From assembly GCF_037042905.1 (NCBI RefSeq), contig NC_087246.1, forward strand, positions 19,034,001-19,098,000: a stretch of 64,000 bases of DNA, written 5' to 3'. This DNA is from Lytechinus pictus. Taxonomy: Eukaryota. Positions 62,242-64,000 of the stretch are shown piece after piece. Position numbers and translations under genes: made by a program. The first letter of the stretch is position 1. Each line of letters starts with the position of its first letter. Below the pieces are notes generated by a model, which did no database searches, was not told the origin of the DNA, and saw nothing but the letters and a program-made list of their open reading frames with translations.

Positions 62242-62617
62242 CTATATATATATACATATAGGCATATGTGTGCGTGTGTGTGTGTTTGAGTCTGTTTGTT
62301 TTGTGTGATCGAGCGCCTTTGGAAAGTTGATTCATGATTTTGCCCCCCCAATCTGAAAAATGGACGCCCCTGGATCCATCATAATGGTTCATTCTTCTCA
62401 TCCGTTAAAAATTATATCTCCTGATAAAGCCAGCTTCCGTGTCAATGTAATATTGATCTAAACAAGTTTTCAGTGATAAATTTTCTTGTGTGATCTTGAT
62501 ATCCTAGGTTGTATTGATATTGTGATTCATCATGATAGTACATCAGAAGATGTCCTTAAAGCTTGTCTCCAGGCTGAGATCATCATGTATACAACATTCC
62601 ATCTCCATGGAAACAGG
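41543..62617 (+). CDS. RUSF1: RUS1-family protein (RUSF1/C16orf58, DUF647); 12 exons visible, 373 aa, 3' incomplete
   Basis: Exons 41543-41677, 45012-45089, 45585-45699, 46351-46396, 47089-47121, 47495-47600, 48020-48121, 48834-48904, 50137-50327, 51203-51260, 51477-51550, 62508-62617, all GT/AG and phase-consistent. Family motifs FLPQGYPDSVS.DYLEYQIWD, LDSDAKRWRLFAD, GVAGGATRAALT.HQA..NNMADVSAKDGSQET, LHLYANYRAV...ETLN. Confidence 0.95.
41810..44705. repeat. A-B-B'-A' direct-repeat complex in RUSF1 intron 1
   Basis: ~440-bp near-identical repeats at 41833-42270 and 44260-44705; diverged ~700-bp repeats at 42272-42975 and 43288-43997. Confidence 0.85.
45012..45089 (+). CDS. RUSF1: RUSF1 exon 2
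   Basis: VVFLPQGYPDSVSKDYLEYQIWDTVQ. Confidence 0.95.
45585..45699 (+). CDS. RUSF1: RUSF1 exon 3
   Basis: AFSSSITGTLSTHAMLKGVGVGD...TITWLLR. Confidence 0.95.
45712..46101. mobile_element. hAT-like MITE in RUSF1 intron 3
   Basis: TIR TAGTGCTGG/CCAGCACTA; 8-bp TSD GTTTCCAA/GTTTGCAA (7/8 match). Confidence 0.75.
46351..46396 (+). CDS. RUSF1: RUSF1 exon 4
   Basis: DGTSMTGRIAFAWYQG. Confidence 0.92.
47089..47121 (+). CDS. RUSF1: RUSF1 exon 5
   Basis: SSLDSDAKRWR. Confidence 0.92.
47495..47600 (+). CDS. RUSF1: RUSF1 exon 6
   Basis: LFADIMNDAALCIEL...SSLFK. Confidence 0.93.
48020..48121 (+). CDS. RUSF1: RUSF1 exon 7
   Basis: SMVGVAGGATRAALTMHQARRNNMADVSAKDGSQ. Confidence 0.95.
48834..48904 (+). 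CDS. RUSF1: RUSF1 exon 8
   Basis: ETVVNLAALFVGLIITP. Confidence 0.92.
49020..49413. mobile_element. TTAA-flanked MITE (Kolobok-like)
   Basis: TTAA|AGATAAAT ... ATTTAGCT|TTAA. Confidence 0.65.
50137..50327 (+). CDS. RUSF1: RUSF1 exon 9
   Basis: LHLYANYRAVTCVVMETLNQSRF...VNKKEPV. Confidence 0.95.
51203..51260 (+). CDS. RUSF1: RUSF1 exon 10
   Basis: LTRPLKLNLGVPF; cag/gtaatt, phase fits. Confidence 0.85.
51477..51550 (+). CDS. RUSF1: RUSF1 exon 11
   Basis: MRDLEMCL...ERYLL; cag/gtgagt, phase fits. Confidence 0.85.
51700..52138 (+). mobile_element. HINE-like repeat with two ~155-bp tandem units
   Basis: T-rich ends, GTCC repeat, duplicated CCTTGTAAA.GCGATAACTTCAG unit, AAGGTCAAGGTCA, 3' CTCTTGTTT. 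Confidence 0.6.
53089..53125. repeat. (GT)n microsatellite at the 5' junction of the retrotransposon
   Basis: Seen directly; continues as (TA)n/(GT)n at 62209-62285. Confidence 0.95.
53133..53891 (+). CDS. L1-type ORF1p (coiled coil-RRM-CTD), N-terminally truncated
   Basis: Frame open from 53133 with no initiator (first ATG 53250); heptad region, then RKSNLLFYGL, AHRL, PPPIIARF, DLPP motifs. Confidence 0.85.
   Translation, partial: VEDGEVETQPSLADLHASILDFKNSVSSKLDQIAADISSMNKRFNDLKENVDFNSERILDIEKQKLPVLEDSLQHKIKFLEQKIILLEIHNRKSNLLFYGLQSTDGENVYQVLRKVFVSLGIEEEIATLIAIANAHRLPIRESEGQAAGAQAPPPIIARFCYMHDRNKILTAFEDQQRKRARSSGETSHALTRITVRTDLPPAMKICRSILANEAYKLRKEKGVSTRIFQKGTELHLLWKEKGTNKWNNHDK
55541..57620 (+). 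repeat. Tandem duplication within the inter-ORF spacer
   Basis: 55541-56076 matches 56413-56956; 56161-56412 matches 57363-57620. Confidence 0.92.
57759..61562 (+). CDS. L1/Tx1 ORF2p: APE endonuclease, reverse transcriptase, CCHC domain; intact 1267 aa
   Basis: NVRGL, LQET, GGDFN, SRLDY, PDH; YRPITLLNVDYK, DFEKAFD, GVRQGDP, YADD, LGV; CSFC..ES..HIF..C. Confidence 0.97.
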   Translation: MDRRLYLTLLTLNVRGLRDKAKRKNIFEFCKNKGSNIVFLQETYSTEEVEEKWKLEWNGPILFSHGTNHSRGVSVLISPNLNIKMDNVIFDENRRYVVMKFEFQQSKIILVNCYFPTRDKEKMQIEFLEELDKCISKLYSSEEMIIIGGDFNTIMNGDLDYLGPRIFYKNRFNKKFDGFLDRFGLEDIWRRMNPEKKQFTFRQKCPIMQSRLDYWFGSSAFQHLVNGCDIVTSITPDHSGVLLQLTSSVDKPHLGNSYWKFNNSLCADQEFVNLFKDKIVELKKEWLPKIEDKLLLWDFLKMKMREIINKYTKKKAKLRKHEIEKLEEDIRSLEIHLSTQPSRKILDEMEEKKSKLNRLFDYSRQGVKIRSRAFWFEEGEQKTQYFEQLLKSNKRKSVITEIYDQGEQTIKDRSEILKKIKSFYEKLYSLNEVIVNENSFFLKDIPKLSKESRDICEGKITIQDCLSVLKEMKFNKTPGNDGFTVEFYYTFLNLLGGFLVEVLNEVYNRGLLATSQRQGVITLLEKEGKNPLYIQNYRPITLLNVDYKILSKVLAKRLKKVLNEIIHIDQIGYVENRNIGDGVRLIDDILFQSSFGNIGYLITVDFEKAFDSVSHDFLFQTLKLFGFGQSFCSWVRVLYTDITSCIMNGGYSTGYFDIKRGVRQGDPISPYLFLLCIETLALAIRRDALVEGIQFGSHEIKQILYADDITLFVKNSNSVKRLKYLLEEFEKVSGLKINKGKTNFFWMGKDQDRPQTPLFGNLVQQIKILGVYFSLNVIIKEDLNFKEILSKIKRLLGWWKQRDLTLMGKIQLLKSYALSKLNYVSSLLVVPKWLFVEVERITFEFLWSGKDRIKRNIMYQDYSHGGLRMMNFKLFIKAQRLMWLKRLLYGERNAGWKLYFDFCFRSLGGRLLFLCDFDICKLTQTMPQFYSEMLKAWQDMRKYRYTKEEVNPIIFNNKNVCVRGKMIFDIDLYNKGIYTVDHIFDNGVVRPVAYFQNLGVTADELLHIIDIVHAIPITWKNAYSSIKFIKIDDENFNVNLNISKLETTFEVIKLKMIYSCFVETLRETYNLTLKDKNINLNFTDVEMCNRLAQTRSITLIRKQREFQFLLLHGAIYTKEQLLRFGYVKDSLCSFCGRETESYIHIFLNCPKVKPLWEFFIKYFCMSELRDLEWRDIHLGLSGSTNRNNCVNCIIFFIKYAIFQSRTNGQVPSCHKIQKYIAERREEEKCLAIKSGKLSLHVKKWEELKVNEAVNANRCEASAGAVSM
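62172..62208 (+). terminator. Retrotransposon poly(A) signal and A-tail
   Basis: AATAAA followed ~18 nt later by an A14 run. Confidence 0.75.
62508..62617 (+). CDS. RUSF1: RUSF1 exon 12
   Basis: CIDIVIHHDSTSEDVLKACLQA; tag/gtatgt, phase fits. Confidence 0.85.
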
Positions 62618-64000
62618 GTATGTATAATCTTATTATTACATTATGTAGTGGTACGCCTTTTGTGAGAATGAACTGGCATCTTGAAGGCGGGTGAGCGCTC
62701 CTTCTCGCAGAACCTGGCCGGTTTTACTTTCATTCTTCCTTCAGTAAGGATGTGCGGCTCCTAGTTGGCTTCCGGATTTGTGGCTCGCCCAGCCTTAAAA
62801 AAAAGACATTTTCTAAATTTATATAAAAAAAAGAAGACATTTGACGGAATGCTGATATATCCGTCTTTTTGAAGAGATCTGATAAATAAAATAGACTTCA
62901 ACTGGAATGAACTTGTTCTCTTTATTTTTGTCATCATCGTACGGTGCCCTTACAATTGTAATATTAGCAAAAGTAATTAAATCCAGTTTGGGGCAGTGTG
63001 ATATTCTCACAATCCTTTTTCTTCTTATTACTAGTATTACATCATATGAGCAGGGGTCATGTTATTATATTTGTTATTTGTAGTTATCTCCGCCAGCAAG
63101 CTCTTTTTATCTACCTAAAATCGAAAATGGTTGCTATAAGACATTAGTTTTTGCCCAGTCAAAATTGTTGAATTCTCTCTCAGATTAAGCTACATAATTG
63201 TAAATCTTCATGAGGACTCTGCTTAGCTTGGTTATTTCATAAGTCCATGGTTATTGCATCCCTGTATCCAATATAATGTGTATCGTGAGTTTAGGTAACC
63301 TTGATTTCATTGCTAAATTATGTGGGGGTTTAATATAATTTTGCATCTTATATTTTGTTGAAATCAGTAATTGTGGTTTTCACTTAAGGTGATAATTTAT
63401 GATAGCCAATCTGACATTGCTTTTCATTTGGCCCTACTTCTTTTTCAATTCCATATTTTTGACGGATCGTATTGGGTAAATTGATTTATATTTTAATGAA
63501 AGTGCCACTTGATATTACCATTTGCTTGTAGAAACTGTAAAGGCATTTTCATAGTCATAGGAGATTTGAAGAATCTTGTAACTTTATTAGAATTCATAAA
63601 TGGAGAATGTAGTCCATGACCTTTGCAGAAGTAATATATTAAGTATTCAGAAGATTAGCATGTTAATTTGTATACATTTTTATAGGCCATTGTACTACTT
63701 TGCTTGTTTCTCTGCTAATATCCAAGGTGAATTCAAATCATTTTAACAAAGTATGAGTATATTGATAACTATCGAGTACAGTTATCTATACAAAATAACC
63801 AGAGTTGTTCATATTTGTTAAAGCCAAATCTATGAAATCTCGATATTTTATGGGGTTAAATTTCACTGACTTTGGTAAAGTCTGAAATCATAGTGCAATT
63901 TTATCAAACAGAGAAATGGACATATTCTATATTTGGTTCAATACATGAAACGACTAACATATATTTTGATTTTGTTTAACTATGCATATAATTAGTAGAT

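Larger units (their letters stand above)
52581..62372. mobile_element. hAT-like non-autonomous DNA transposon (~0.7 kb of its own sequence) hosting the L1/Tx1 insertion
   Basis: TIR CAGAGGCGTC / GACGCCCCTG; perfect 8-bp TSD GATCCATC at 52573-52580 and 62373-62380. Confidence 0.88.

Overview
AT-rich, intron- and repeat-rich animal genomic DNA. The gene families and repeat landscape suggest a marine deuterostome, probably a sea urchin (inference). Three spliced genes were reconstructed by hand from GT/AG sites and consistent exon phases. (1) A minus-strand signal peptide-SRCR-FA58C(discoidin)-FA58C protein runs off the left edge. (2) A complete minus-strand ~350-aa trypsin-family serine protease has a C-terminal membrane anchor and an atypical Gln-IVGG activation site. 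(3) A plus-strand RUS1-family gene (RUSF1/C16orf58/DUF647) runs off the right edge. RUSF1 intron 11 holds a 5'-truncated L1/Tx1-type retrotransposon with an intact 1267-aa ORF2, inserted at a (GT)n/(TA)n junction inside an 8-bp-TSD non-autonomous DNA transposon. Its unusual ~3.9-kb inter-ORF spacer is bracketed by a splice donor overlapping the ORF1 stop and an acceptor just upstream of ORF2. The rest is MITEs (including a three-level nest and an apparent reversed-ends transposition inversion), tRNA-derived SINEs, degraded RTE/CR1-like LINEs, microsatellites and one N gap. No database searches were run; family calls rest on recognised motifs.
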